64,000 nt of DNA from Azolla caroliniana (taxonomy: Eukaryota > Plantae > Polypodiophyta), in assembly GCA_043228905.1 (NCBI GenBank), contig JBHGNT010000014.1:20460001-20524000 (forward strand). Direction: 5' to 3'. Positions 49,854 to 64,000 of the stretch are shown here, piece after piece. Position numbers and translations under genes: made by a program. Positions within the stretch are counted from its first letter, which is position 1, and each line of letters begins with the position of its first letter. The notes beneath the pieces are model-generated. The model was given only the letters and a program-made list of their open reading frames with translations. It had not been told where the DNA came from and did no database searches.

Positions 49854-51990
49854 ATGTTTAGACCCGGACCACGAGTTTGTTATATTGATCTAGAGTGTGT
49901 TGTTCTTATCAACAATGCCAACAAAAATACATCATTCTTGTATAACAATAAGCAATTCACACTTGAGTGGATCGTCGATCAAGCTCGTATGATTTTTGGG
50001 TTTGTCGACTTGCTTGGGCCTCTCCCGTATGTCTCCATTGGAAGATGAATGCTTAATTGATGTTTTGGACATGTGGTCGGTAACTTCGAGATCCACCCAA
50101 GTTTTTGTACCAATGTGATTGGAAAAAATCACAATGCTTCATGCTTGAGTGATTAATTAAAACACCTCCAAAGGTTGATGTTTGTACTATGTTAAGCGTA
50201 AAATCATATTGTCAGCCCCCTAATCGTACCTTATCCTTTAGAGTATAATGCATGATTAGTTCATCCACGTGCATTGTGCATATGAATATGAGATATGAGA
50301 TCCCTCTAAACGAAGATCGTTCATTGTTGAATCCTTAGGCACCAAAGTTCACCCAAATTCCATTTCTTAAAATTTCCATATATTTACATCAATCATGTTT
50401 CAACTTTGCATCTCTAAACATTTGTCATCCAAGTAGGACCTTGAACACTCCTGAAGCTTTCATCTCAAATTATTTGGTCAAATTAGGAACTCCTTTATTG
50501 GCTAGCGTATGAACTAATATGGTGTTGTTGGTATTTACACATTGAAGCTTATAGGCTCTCATTATTACTACATGGTTGTCACTGTTTTTTGTATTAGATT
50601 ACTCTTTATGCCATCACCCATGGCTACTTGTTTCATTTCCAACCTCCAAATGAGTTAATTGATATTGGTCCAAGTCATCAAAATATGGAGGGAGGCCAAC
50701 AAGTTTCAATGCCACCTTTTATTTGACGTATGCTTGAATATGTGCATCAAACTAATTCATTGTGCATCAATGGAACTACAAACACATATCTTCATTAGAA
50801 GGAGAATGTTGTCAATGGAATGGAGTGCATGTAGATGATTCGATTTATTGATAGGAGATGGAGACCTTTCATGGTTTCCTTACACACATCAAATAAACAA
50901 CCTTGTAGAATATAGAATTGTTGCTTTTGCTTTGTGAATTCATCCCATTGTTTTTTTGTTATTCAGAAACATTGAAGTTAAAGTTCAAGGACATATTGTT
51001 ACTCTGCAAGGATCCAATGGTATATGAGTTATTATGGCATGATAACACCTCGCATGAAAAAATATTGCATTGTTATGCCACTCCCAACAATGTGCAATTG
51101 AAAAAGAATAAAGTTTCAATATCCAAATATGCACACATTACTTTGTTTGAAGTTTCATCATATGCAAACCCAATAGATTTGCTATGTGCAATATATGACA
51201 TATGTGATGTTACATCTAATGATCGGTAAAAAACTTGTCGATCATAAATGGAGGAATGTTCAAAACCCTTTATGATGGGATTTGGATTTTCGTGTAAAGG
51301 GTTTCAAAGTTGAGAAGAGTGAGTATATTTATCCAAACAGTTGATCGAGGGCCCATTATGTCAAACCAGCTCTATTGTTCTACAAACATTATCCATTTGC
51401 CACAAATTACAATGCTACACATGTGATTTACGAGTTAATCAGAACAAACCACGAAACTACCATCTTACCCAAGATTTGACAATCCTTCTCCTCGACAAAA
51501 GAATATGGTTGACAAGCAAATTAGAAACTCAGAAGGCACACGATAGAGATCCACTCCCCACCCATAATCTGCCCCGCAAAGAAACCTTAGAATCACACAG
51601 CATTGTCAGTTGACTACGAACATGGTCGTGTTTGCGAATCGAAAGCTCAAACAAGGGCGATTGATGGGAACTCCACAAAATGGTGTTACATCACAAAAGG
51701 AAGTAAACCAGAGCATATGTTATGTGCTAGCTAGTTAGTTCATCAGATGCCACTATAGAGCATACAAGGCCGGGAATGCATGACCTTTTTCTGGTCTCCA
51801 CCGGACAACGTTACCGACAACTAGTGAGTCTCATGGGCCAATTTTGGTCTTAGAAGACGTTAGTAAATCTTTCTTTCTTTCTTCTTTCGTTCACTCTTTC
51901 TCTCTAAATGACTTATGTTCTCTAAAGTTGTTCTTGTGTATGTGTTAAGAATTATGTTTTTCTGCACACCAAAAATCTATCAGTCTTCTT

Positions 51991-52021
<31 letters not shown>

Positions 52022-52117
52022 AAATACATACATATATTATTAAAACCTTAAGAATTTGGGCCTCCTCCTCCTCCTCCTCTTCCTTCTCTCTATTTTTCTT
52101 CTCTGTCGATCGAAAGA

Positions 52118-53363
52118 ATGACCAGAAATGGCGATTCTGACGACTCCGAGTCTCCACCTCAACGAAGCAAACGGCGACCTTCTCACAGGCTAGATATAAA
52201 TCTCTATCTCGTTCTTTTCTATTTCTACAACAAGAACTTCTATCTCTCCCTGCATTTTTGTTCTGATTCTACTAGAATCTTGCCGTGTTTTTTGCCATTG
52301 CGCATTTTCTTCTTCTTCTTCTTCTTCATACGATTCTGGAAAAGCACCCTCTGTACCCTGCAGAAATATTTCTCTGTGTTTGGTTCGGTCTCTGTATAAA
52401 TACGATGCTTATCCTCTTCTGGAGGCCGAAAACCTGTATTTTTTCCGATTCTGCTCGAAGATCTAGGCCTACTGTTCTTTAAGGTTGGAAACACATTCTG
52501 TATTGTGCTTCTCAACTTCTCTATGCCAGTTCTAAAGAAACTCTGTCTATTCATTTTCTATTCTGTGAAAATTATCCACACATTATTTTCCGAGTCTGCA
52601 CAAAATTTCTCTGGGTACTTTGTTATGGTTCCGTCTAGATTTCCCTCCATATATTACGTTTTGAATCAAACAATCTCGTTTATTTTCTTCATTCATTCTG
52701 TCTATATATTATGTTCCAGCTCAAACATTTTTATACGTTTTTAAGAATTCATTCCCTCTGTCAAAAATAAACTTTTAATTATGTCGAAAATCTATAATTC
52801 TATTCTAGTTATGTAGAAAAATCTCTCTTTATGCTATGTTCTTAATCAAAAGATTGTGTATGTTATTACTCATTCCTTCTGCCAAAAATCTACCTCCAAT
52901 TATGAATAAAATATATAATAATTCTGTTCTGTTTATGTAAGTATTTCTCTCTGTCCCTCTATACTTATTACTCTTTGATTCAAAAGCGTTTGTATGTTTT
53001 CTATCCTTATTTATTCATTCATTCATGCAGATCACAGCTTCCTTCGGAGTCTCCCCCTCGACCTTCTTCTCGTTCTCCTCCAAAAAGAACTCGAATATCA
53101 GAGCAACATAAAAGCTCAGAAAGAGAGACAGATAAATTCAGAGATTCAGAGAACTCTAAGAGAAAAGAAGGTAGAAATGAGAGAGTAGGCAGCAAGGAAA
53201 TGGAACTTGATGGAGGAAAAGATAGAGACTTGGAAAGACAAAGAATAAGAGAGAGAGAAAGAGAAATAGAAAGAGAGACACCAAAAGAAAGTCTTGGAGA
53301 AAAAGAAACGGAAAGACAGAGACGAAAAGAAAAAGAAAGAGAAAGAGAAAGAGAAAGAGACAG

Positions 53364-53394
<31 letters not shown>

Positions 53395-56300
53395 GAAAGA
53401 GAAAGAGACAAAGAAAGAGAAAGAGAAAGAGACAAAGAGAGATATAGAGATAGGCACAGGGATCGAAGCACAGAGAAAGAAATAGAGAACATCGAATCGG
53501 GGAGAAAAGAAAGGCGAAGAGACAAAGAATCGGATAAAGAGAGACAAGGAAATGCTGGTTCAAGGAAGGATAGAGATCGAGAGCAAAACCTTGAGCATAG
53601 CAAAGAAAGGGAGAAGGAGAGAGATGGTGTAAGGAAAGACAAGAGGCGGAGCTATTCTAGGTCTCCCAAGAGAGTCGCTCACGCCCACGATGAGGTGTCT
53701 GGTGAAATCCACTCCTTCCCTTCTTCTTGTCCTCTTATTGCAATTGATTACGAACTTTTTCCTTTTAAGTTTAAAAATTTTGATTTCCATATCTATTCGA
53801 GAACTTACTAAAGTGCTTGCATGCTTAAAGATTAGATTCTGATCTGTTTATAATTAAGGAATGCAAAATCTTAGTGTTTTATGTGCCTATGTATTGGGAA
53901 GATTAAACATTTAATTTTATGAAGATGCTTCATGGCTGTTTGTTTAGTGATTAGACTTTATGATCACTCCCCTGTTCTCTTGTCTTCTGCCTATTGCAAG
54001 TTTGAACTTTCACATCTTGGTTTCATAGTTCCATTGATTAGATTTGATCGCTTTTCGGAGGAAAAAATGTCACTTAATTAGTTGTGGATGAAAGCATGAG
54101 AACAGAATTTTTTTGCAGCCAATGGCCAATCAAATTGATGTTATGCTGGGTTGATTGAGGTTTTACTGCCCTTCTGAAGTTCCACATGTCGGTTTCCTGG
54201 TTCCATCAAAATGATTTGATCTCTTTTTGAGGAAAACATGTCGCTTGTTAGCTTTTGGGGGAAGATGCTATCAGAAAGAAAATGTTATGGTTTTACTGCC
54301 ATTTGGAAGTTCACATGTTGATTTCATGGTTCCATCAAGCTACATTTGATCACTTTTTGAGGATGTAAAAAAAGGAAATTTGCAGCCGAGGGACAATGGA
54401 AAAGAAGATATTATGGTGGTTTGATTGAGGTTTTACCGCCCTTTGGAAGTTGCAGATGTGAGTCTCATGGTTCCATTGACTAAATTTGATCAAATTTTGA
54501 GGAGAAAGTGTCACTTGGTTACTTGTGGGTAAAATTATGAATAAAAGAACTTTGTGATCAATGACTGACTGAAAAGAATATGTTATGGGCGCAATTTCCT
54601 CATCTAATCACATATTTTTGGTGGTCTTTTAACAATGATGGTGAATGTATTTCTGCCATGAAGGATGAGACTGTGTCAAGATACAACTTTTAATTGCTGT
54701 AAATGCATTTCAAAAGTTGATGTGAAATCTCAAAATTTGAGCAGTACGTGTATGTCCCTTGGATTTCTGAAATGCAAACAGAGCATCTATAGTCTTGCAA
54801 GGCTCAGTGGCAGGAGGCCAATTCAGAAAAGTAAGAAATTGGGACGATTACTCAAACAAATGCATTTGCATGAAACAACTGTTTTGCTGAAAGATAACAA
54901 AGAAGTGGTGAAATAGTGGGATTATTGTTTAATGGAAATTCCATTGTCTTTTTTGCATCCTGGTTACCTTGGAGGTGTTTCAGTGTATGAAGCAATGGCT
55001 GCAAATTCCTATATGTTTTGAGTCCTATAGGCTAGGGAATATATTTGGACAATGCAAACCGACATGGCCAATTCTATGAACAGAAATATTGGCACGTCTT
55101 ACATTCTTTTGAGGAACTTTTGGAAACAATGGAGCACTTTTAAGACATTCTGGAGCAGCTAGTTTAGCTCAGCAATTTGCTGGAAGACTATATGATGTGG
55201 CTTAGATAGATGGATATTTTTAGCGTCCATAGAGAGGGCAATATTGACCCATAGGACCCAAGTACAAAAGTTATCTTGATGTGTGTCTCCTTCCTAAGAA
55301 GGGATATTCATACTTTGAAGCACCAAGTCTCGATGTGTGAGTAAGACATACACATATGAGCTCAACTGTCTAGGTGTTTTCTTTAGTGTGACACTCAAGT
55401 CATCACCCCCTTTTAATATATCATCATCGCTTTCATGAATTGCACTATATGCATAGCATGTAAAAATCAAGTGATATTTATCCTCTAGTCCCTCGTTGCA
55501 TACCATACATGCCTTTATATTTGGCTGATTTTTTCCATAATGCAACTTCAATAGCTAAGTTGGTGATTCAGTGCGAAGGAGTGTTAGGGCTCTACAAGAG
55601 TTAATACCCATGTTAGTAATGAGGTAAGGCTGAATACGATCAATAGGCTTTCTTGCTGTCCGTTTAGCATCTTTCCACTTCTTCCTTAGTGGGCCCATTA
55701 ATCTTTCCTCAATAACTACATATTTCATAATATCATTTGAAAGCTCTAGGAGATCTTCCACATCCCATTGAGTGCCAGTTTTATGAGAACCTATTTACAT
55801 AAAGGACAAGAAAGGGACAAGGGGACACAAGTCTGTGTTTTACGCAGTCACATTGGAAGTCTTTCAAACGAAATGAAGAACATTTCTCCTTGGCTGAAAT
55901 TTTGGTTTATATGGAGCATGTCTATACTTACACATATGATGGAATGCCAGTTCTATAAGAATTTACGTAGAGGAAAAGTAAGGACTAGTTGGATATTTGT
56001 GTTTTACACAGCCACATCGGAAGCCCTCCACGCGAAATGAAGACCATTTCTCCTTGGCTGAAATCTTGGTGTATATGCCCTTTTACTGCATGCGGAAGGT
56101 TTTGAGTTAAGTAGATAATAGAAAGTGTGATAAGAATCCATATTGGCAAAACTGCAGATACACTTCCCTTATGGTCAGAACTACAAAAAAAGATTGGCCG
56201 AGTGACTGAATAATGGATATATGCATTTTACTGAAATAGGAAATAGTGCAAGGTTTTCCTTGAGATTGGCAAGATAACTGTTTTGTATATTACATTGAAG

Positions 56301-59300
56301 CCTTTGACATGTTCCTAGAGGTAATACTATGGGAAATAATGGAAAAACTTAGTACCGACATGCATGAATAAAATGGTGATCTGTTTATACGAACACATAA
56401 GATGCAAGTTGAAGAAAAATAAAGGGTTTTCTGGAGAGTTCATGAGCACCTCAGGCGTCAGGTTTGGGGTGGTGGTATTTCAGTAAGTTCATGGAATAAA
56501 ATAGAGCATAACCCCATACTTCTTAATGCTTCTAGAAGCTGGACGAAGGTCAACTGGATTTTATGCAATTCAAAGAGTTAACAAGTTCATATGGAAAGTA
56601 TTGACAATGCCTTCAAATCACCTCATCAAGGTTGCTTGGGAAAGTTAATGGTTACCATAGAAAAACCACGAAAACAAAATTGTGTCATCCATTTGGGTGT
56701 GACCAAGATGCCCTAAAATAGGTGGGCATGTTGAGGAGTATATATTTTGCTTGGAATGGAAAAAAACGAACAAGAAAATGCAAGTCCACTCAGCCACATT
56801 GGAAGTTTTTCCTCTCTCTGAGGTCGATGTTCTTTGTTAGCTTTTGATATTGCATGGCCTGAAAATCATTGTATTCAGTGGGGTTTTAAGGAAAACAAGC
56901 CTCCACGGAGCAAACATGGAATTCATAAATCCACAGTATAGCCTTTTTCTTCCATGCCTTTTTCTCCCATGAATGAGGGAGCATAGAACAAATGTGTGAG
57001 CTATGGTAGATAATGCTTGTCTAAAGCTTGCCTAGCTGGGGGCTCTCAGCCCCTCTCCCTGTATATGAGATGATCTCTGAGTGCAATCCACATTCATAAC
57101 TGGTAGAGGTCAAACTTTTTTTCCTCCTTCAAGGCCTGTAGGTGGTAAATGGCGCCTATAGGTAGTGCAATGAGTAGCGATGGGCGTGGTTCGGTTTGGT
57201 TTCTTGGCGTTGAAACCAAACCCCACCAAACCAAACCATTTATTCATAATAAAAACTGAATCAAACTGCTTAAAATTTATGAAGTCATTTAAACCAAACC
57301 GTTTAAAAAATAGGAAAAACCAAACAATTTAAAACCAAACCGATTACGGAAAATTTAGAACCAAACCAAACCGGTTTATCATAAATCAAAACCAAACCAA
57401 ACCAAACCATTTTTTATTGATATTGATCATCATACTTATTATAAATTTGTGTGAGAAAATCATCATAAATTTGTTCATCATACTTAATCATAAATTTTTT
57501 CATCATACTTATTATAATTTTGGTCGTCATACTTATCATAAATTTGATCATCATACTTATCATATTTGATCATCATAAATGAAAAGGAGACTCTACATAT
57601 AATGCATATAAAATTTAATAAGTTAAAAATAGGGTTTAAAATTAAAAGTTGAAAGTTAGAGCCTATAGGTAAAATTTAGGAGTATTTTTCAACCTATAAA
57701 CCGAACCACATAAACCGAAACTGAAAAGCCGTTAAACCGTTAAACCATGAAATTCAAAACCGAGCGGAACCGAAACCAAATTGATTAGTAACATTTGAAA
57801 CCAAACCAAACCGTTTATTTATCTTCGAACCTATAAACGGTTAAGCCACATTTCGGTTAGGTTTGAGCCGAAACCGGGCCCATCGCTAGCTATGAGCTAT
57901 ATCCTTGATGGTATGTAGAATCAATGGATTCTTGAAGACATAGATATGACATTGGTGACATCTTGTTTTGACTTTGGAGCCCAGCATAAGTAAGTCTTAT
58001 CCAAGTCATTTGCACATGGCATCAATCTGATATCATTTATTTGTCATTTCTAGCTTATTTTCAAACACATTTTTCTCTTTAGAATTTCGCCTATTTTATA
58101 TGATCATTCAAGCAATATACTTTTACTTTACATTTCCTTGTCTGGTTGATTAATTCATTTCAGTAAACAAAGGTTTGTGATCAAAATCAGGTGAGCAACT
58201 TCCAATCTCAAATAGATAGATAAGTAGATTTGATCTCCCCGGGAGACAGAATTACAACATATTGACAGGGCTGATCCCATGGCAAAGATCAGACCTTTGT
58301 TCTTTCAAATTAATGACTTTTGATGCTATAGTATCAACCGCCAACTCAAAACCAGAGGGTGGAAGAGGAAAATTAATTGTAAACAGATTAATGCTTTATC
58401 TCTGTGGTTGTACAGCGTCTATTGTTAATAATATGTATTGGTATAGAGTGGATAGACTGTGAGAGTTTGGTTGATGGGCATCTTTTAAAGATATTTCTTG
58501 CTGAAGATATATTCAAATGACAAATTTTAAAGTCATGCAAAATTTGTTGCACAGTTTCTCGGCCTAACGGTTATTGTGGGGTTTTTTCCAGGTATCGGAT
58601 GATCATGGAGAGGATTTTAGGTATTTGAAAATTAAGTGTTCATCTTATACACATTCTCCAAATTTTCTGGTTTCTCTACATGGATGCTGAATGTCCGATG
58701 ATAGGTCTGATAGGCTATGATGGTCGTATGGAGGTGTTAATATATCCATATTTCTTTCTGCATTTTTAAAGCTGGTAAGGCTTTTCAGGTCAGATGATGT
58801 GGATGATTCATTGGCAAAGATGAAGGCTGCTGAAGCTGCAATTGAAGAAAAGCAGAAGGAAAAGGTACAAAGGAAAGTAGATTTTGTGTATGCAGATTTC
58901 CTTTTTGAATAAATATTTTCTCATTTGTCGGTAATTTGTGACTCGACCAAAATGTCAAATTAGTGTTTCCCTCATTTGTACATGAATTTGGGCATGTTTT
59001 ATCTACAATTTTCCTTGCATTATTTTCTTTAATTGCTATTGACTAGATATTTATTAATTGTTTTGGGAATCATTTCAGCGTCTATGGGTTTGCTCACTGT
59101 CCTTTTATACTCGATCTGAAAATTGCCTGTGTACTTAGTCAAATAATATGTTTCAATAGAATTATGAAGAAATATCAAGCTCTCTTGAATCATGTAAAAA
59201 TATTATATGGTATCAAATGTGTGTTTGTAGAACTGTTCATATTTTGATTAATATTTGCATGTATTGTTTTATTTACTTTGTGCTAGAATTATTCAAGGTT

Positions 59301-62300
59301 ATTTGAAAGACTTCCATTGTCTTACATACAGTCATATTTGTGGGCGAGGCTTACCATCATTTTCTGGGGGAGTTGCAGAAACTGATGTTTCATGTCATGT
59401 GATATTATATAACATTTTGGTATGTGGGACCATCACAGTCCAATTGAAATCCTTGTGGCATTTTCCTCATGCTAAGCACGTCTAAGGCATACGTTAATCT
59501 TAGGTGATAACCCATGCTTTTTGAAATAGACCTTGTAAGCATCCTTTGCGGGTGTTTTGTGGTTCTGTTTTCAAATCTCTCGAAGGATGGGTTACTCTAA
59601 TATGTGATTATTTAGAGGTTATTCGTCTTTAAATTGACAGTTCTTATTTATCTATAAAACCTTGACATTTTGTGAGCTCTGTGATTCTTAGGCATTTCAC
59701 TTTCTTATTCTGTGGATGTTGATCCGTTATTGTGCCCATCATCCCTGATGCCTTTTGTCTCCCCTCTTTTCCTAGTATCAGTCCTCAACTGTGCCATTTG
59801 CTTTGTTTTCTCTGTACTTTGGAAATCCCTTACTTCTTTGTCTTATATTCAAAGCCAAATGATTGATTTGCTGCTATTAAGGTATGTACATGTATGCATA
59901 TCTAATTTTGTTAATTAAAAATCAGATTACATCTGCATACATCTTTGTAATATTCAATTTATTAATAATGTTATTGTAAGGGGCTGCTATGCATTTCCGT
60001 ATGTCCTCCACTTCATGATGTGTTGGTGCTCCTTCAGTCCACTTCAACAGGGATGCATCTGTTACAGAGTGCTATTACATACTTATCGAAATAAAATAGA
60101 TGTTAGGGCCACTGAATTACCATGTAAATGAAATAGATGTTTCCAAAAGAAGTCCCCATTTTGCTATTATTATTCCTGGTTACAATATGAGACGTATAGG
60201 CATATATATATGCCTAATATATGAAAAAAAATAAAATAAAAGTAAATAAAAAAATAAAGTCATGATTGGCCTATGAGGAAAGAAGAAAGAAAACTATATT
60301 AATGTCCTTTAGGTGGCCAAAATGGTGTCTACTATCGAACAAGAGACTACATCAAATGTTTTTCTCATATTTGAGAACCGCTTAAATAAATACAACTAAA
60401 CACAGGGTAATAAGCGATTTAGATGTCGAGGAACATAAGATCTTGCGATTCTGAACTTACAAGCTTATAGTAAATTCAAGTTATCCTTTTTGAAACAAAA
60501 ATAAAAGCGTAGGTTTTCCTGACAATCCATGGTCTTAGTGCATGTGGTGGAATGATTCTTGAGACCATTTAGAAGCATGAAGTGCATAACAAATATGTAT
60601 GGAGTTAATGGGGCAGATCAGTCATGGCAATGAATGATCTCCATAATGTAATGCTAGTATGGCTCATGTGCCCTGTATCCTGGTACACTTTTATTACAAT
60701 TGGCATGTGCCCATTTAAATTTAATGAAAAACAAAATAGTTGCCAGAAATGAGTGTTCTTAATTCTAGAAATAGGTTTTCATGTTTGTTTACTTCACTGA
60801 TCGAGAAACATGTGTTTCAGGTAACCATGCCATTGATTGTATAGAGGTAAAGCTTCTAATTCTTGACCTTGTGCTCATATGCAACTGCTATGTGTAAAGA
60901 TTCTACACTTCCATATACATACTCTTACAGAAAACAAGGAATATTCTACCAAATTGGTTAAATCCATGGTGATACCTGCTTTCAAACCTTGAACTTCTCT
61001 CTGAGTTCGCCTTAAACACAAATCATGATTATGCTTTTAAGGAAGATAATATAACCTCTCAGTAAGCTACTTGTCAAAAGTTGAGCACGTTTACCAACAT
61101 TAACCAGGGTCAAGTACTCACAAATAACTGAAGCTAGTCTTGTCTAGCACTCGTGAATATATAACTTATTTTTGGCCAATTTCTCTAGTAACGCTGGACT
61201 CCCTGAGATATGTCTGCATTTTAATGCCCTTTCATTTCACCTGTGTAAACATTCTTTTAGGACCTTCTCTAAGTGAAACTTTAAAAAGGAGAAGCTACGT
61301 GACTCTCAATCCTCAACACACCCTATGTTACCTATGCTAACTAGCAAGGCCATGGTTTTTTGTCTGTGACATAGATGAAACTGGAGGCAAGAGATTGGTC
61401 ATAGCACAAAAAACTGAAATGAACCTTGTACTACTAAAGTTAAAAAAAGGGTTTGAGCAGCTTGTGAGCGGCTAATGAGCAGCTTGTGGCCAAAAAGCCA
61501 AATGAGAGAGCTAGGATGGAAGGGCCTATAGACCCCGATTTAGACTAGTTCTCTTGTAGGATTCCAAAAATGGAGGTTCCCCCTTAAATCCTAACTCTCT
61601 ATAGGGTTGGCGTAGGCCTCCACCAATCTCCCTTAAGAGCTGGCTTTGGAAACCAACTTATAATGCCTACATGTTAGCACCAGACCTGCTATATTGCTGT
61701 ATAAAGGTTGCCTGATACTCATATATATATGTATGCCATATATTTGGCTTAATAGGAAACCATGTTGTGAAACATGTTATCAATAGCCATCATTGCTTGG
61801 TGAATGCTGTTTTGACTGCTTATGAAGTGCTTAGAGCTTGTTTTTGGACATTAATTTTCAGGAGAAGCCGTCGTTTGAATATTCTGGAAAACTTGCGGCT
61901 GAAACAAATAAAGTTAGAGGTAGGATCAATTCTTAGAAACAGCTTGAAAATGGGCTGGGGGGAATTTTATTAACAAGTTGTTTTGGAATGGGTAGGTGTT
62001 ACTTTGCTGTTCACCGAACCACCAGAAGCTCGAAAACCTACAACAAGGTGGCGACTGTATATTTTTAAACAAGGAGAACCTTTGAATGGTATTTAATCAT
62101 ATCTTCATAGTTATGATGTATTTGAAACCATTTGAGTGTTGAAGGCTGAATATTTCTTTTTGGCTCATTTTTCGGAACTTGACAGAACCTTTATATATTC
62201 ATCGCCTTAGTTGCTATCTGTTTGGACGGGAAAGAAGAGTTGCTGATGTACCCACTGACCATCCATCTTGCAGCAAACAACATGCTGTGATTCAATACAG

Positions 62301-63218
62301 GTTCAAACTCACAATTCTGTTAATTATTTTCAAATTCATGTTGTCCTCATTCCTTCAGGCTTCTAACTCTCTTTGTATGATTGTTGTAGGCTTGTGGAGA
62401 AAGAGGAAGAGGATGGCTCAGTGAAGAGTGAAGTGAAGTAAGGAAAATTCACCTATTTTTTGTTTCTCAGATATAAGATGATTTCTCTAATTAAAATTTG
62501 AATTACAGGCCATATGTCATGGATCTGGGGAGTACGAATGGGACATTTCTCAATGTGAGCTAGTTTGGTTGCTATTTATTGATTTGCTATTTATTTTGGG
62601 TCTCCTTTTTTATGGACTTGATTGTGCAGGGTGAACGCATTGAATCTCAGCGTTATTATGAACTTATTGAAAAGGATACATTGAAGTTTGGTAACAGCAG
62701 GTATGCATAGTAACTTGAGGCTATGTTATGTGCAAGGATTAATTTTATATGGAGGAAAGATATAGAAAAGGGTTTAGGGTTTAGGGTTTATGACGTTTCT
62801 TGAGACCATTTAGAAGCATGAAGTGCATGAAGGATTTGTATTTCTTTCCAACACTTGTTTTATGACAATGTTTTAGAATAAATAGTTTGCCAAAAAGAAA
62901 CAAAAACCATTGCCACTGAATATTTGTATATTTTTAGGGTTTCATTAGATGTCTGACCTAATTAATTTTACTTGGGAATTGTCTGGAATATCCTAAATTT
63001 TCTGTTATTTCTGGACAACCCTAGGCTTTCAATTAAATACCAGAATACCCTCCTATAATAAACACTTAACTGTAGAGGGCTATTCTGTAGTTTTGCCATA
63101 ATTATTTTACCGTTAAAAGTTTGGCCCAATTATGATGGATATGTTCTGAAAGGCTTTGCCATCCTCTAAATTTTGCAGTAGGGAGTATGTTCTTCTCCAC
63201 GAAAACTCAAAAGCCTGA
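52118..63218 (+). CDS. DDL: FHA-domain protein DAWDLE/SNIP1
   Basis: Exons 52118-52188, 53031-53694 (RE/RD-rich), ~58592-58620, ~58789-58864, then EKPSFEYSGKLAAETNKV, GVTLLFTEPPEARKP..RWRLYIFK, CYLFGRERRVADVPTDHPSCSKQHAVIQYR, PYVMDLGSTNGTFLN, QRYYELIEKDTLKFGNSSREYVLLHENSKA*. Confidence 0.92.
54000..54560. repeat. Degenerate tandem repeat (~150-180-bp units) in DDL intron 2
   Basis: GGTTTTACTGCC...AAGTT...GGTTCCAT...TTTGATC...TTTGAGGA recurs about four times. Confidence 0.7.
55290..55770 (-). mobile_element. LINE 3' fragment (C-terminal CCHC region)
   Basis: Frameshifted LRTESPT/LAIE...CMVCNEGLEDKYHLIFTCYAYSAI matches the LINE C-terminal CxxC...ED..H..F.C motif. Confidence 0.7.
57175..57888. 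mobile_element. Non-autonomous hAT-type MITE (714 bp)
   Basis: TIR TAGCGATGGGC / GCCCATCGCTA. 8-bp TSD GCAATGAG / GCTATGAG (1 mismatch). Many AAACC(G) subterminal motifs and internal ~23-bp CATCATACTTA repeats. Confidence 0.88.
62769..62790. repeat. Short interstitial plant telomeric repeat, (TTTAGGG) x ~3
   Basis: AGGGTTTAGGGTTTAGGGTTTA in the last DDL intron. Confidence 0.7.
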
Positions 63219-64000
63219 TTCGATGAAACAGAGTTTTCTCTCGATCAACATGCGGCCGGTTTAATTTTCAAGTTCATTTCTATGCAGAAAGGAAAAAGCA
63301 TTCTCTTTTGTATCTGATGAACGGTTGCGAGGTCAGAAGCAGGAGTACGAGAAAACAAACAATTCTTGGAAAGATGGGAATTACCACGAGAGAACTGATG
63401 ATACTGCATGTAGTATACTGAAAACTGTGGTTGGCATGTAATGCTTTAGCACTGCTCTTAATTTTTCGATTGATTGAATTGCATGCAATTCAGAGCCTTT
63501 TCATATGCAAATTTTATGTCGAATCATCCAAAATTTAAAACAACTTTTGATCACTAGCATATTTCAATAGAAATGATTCATTATGGTTTTGTTATCCCAT
63601 ATGTGAAATCAAAAGTGCTTCTGTGTGCCTATATTGGTTAAGATTTGCTGCATGCTAAATCTGCGATAATTAATGCTTTTGAATAAACCCAAAGGAGGTG
63701 GCTTCATCAACAAAATGATAGATGCGTAAAGTATATTGTTGTGGCCATGTGGGTGAAAGTTTCAGTATAGGGTTTCAATACATTTGCCACGACAAGAGGA
63801 TGGATGCGTTCTCTACTTGATGTGGGTGAAGGTCTCTACTTCATATATATAACTCCACACTATAGGAATTGTGTAGGGGACAAGGTCCATGTCTAGACTC
63901 AAGACAATAGCCATCAACACCATAGGTAGTTGTAATATTCTCTGAAATGTTCATTGGCATATTCATCTCAAAATAATGTCAAACAAGTAAAGAGAAGGAA

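Noticed and set aside
50050-51700. Possible Copia/Gypsy debris between SKIP31 and DDL
   Set aside because: Only isolated motif hints (e.g. WDLDF-like), with no boundaries or continuous homology visible.
53019-53642. Long minus-strand SL/FL-rich ORFs
   Set aside because: They are antisense shadows of the low-complexity RE-rich exon of DAWDLE.

Overview
AT-rich, intron-containing land-plant nuclear DNA (gene style and PPR type suggest a fern or other seed-free plant; this is inference only). Host genes: a decayed NSE4 pseudogene, LTO1/ORAOV1, a PLS-E PPR, SERF (with a U12 AT-AC intron), RPP30/GAF1, an alpha/beta-hydrolase-fold protein, a PPR pseudogene, F-box SKIP31 and DAWDLE/SNIP1. Mobile DNA: two non-autonomous hAT elements with 8-bp TSDs, a young Copia with an intact ORF, and LINE/Gypsy/Copia relics. 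Most notable: (1) a ~1-kb foldback at ~6921-7960 carrying two type I hammerhead ribozymes, one on each strand, resembling those of Penelope-like elements; (2) two independent insertions that end in head-to-head LTR-like 3' halves enclosed by one target-site duplication: a 3.1-kb insert in NSE4 (TSD CCAG) and the Copia in RPP30 intron 1 (TSD CCATC, two U5 ends). All calls come from reading the sequence by eye; no searches or folding programs were run.
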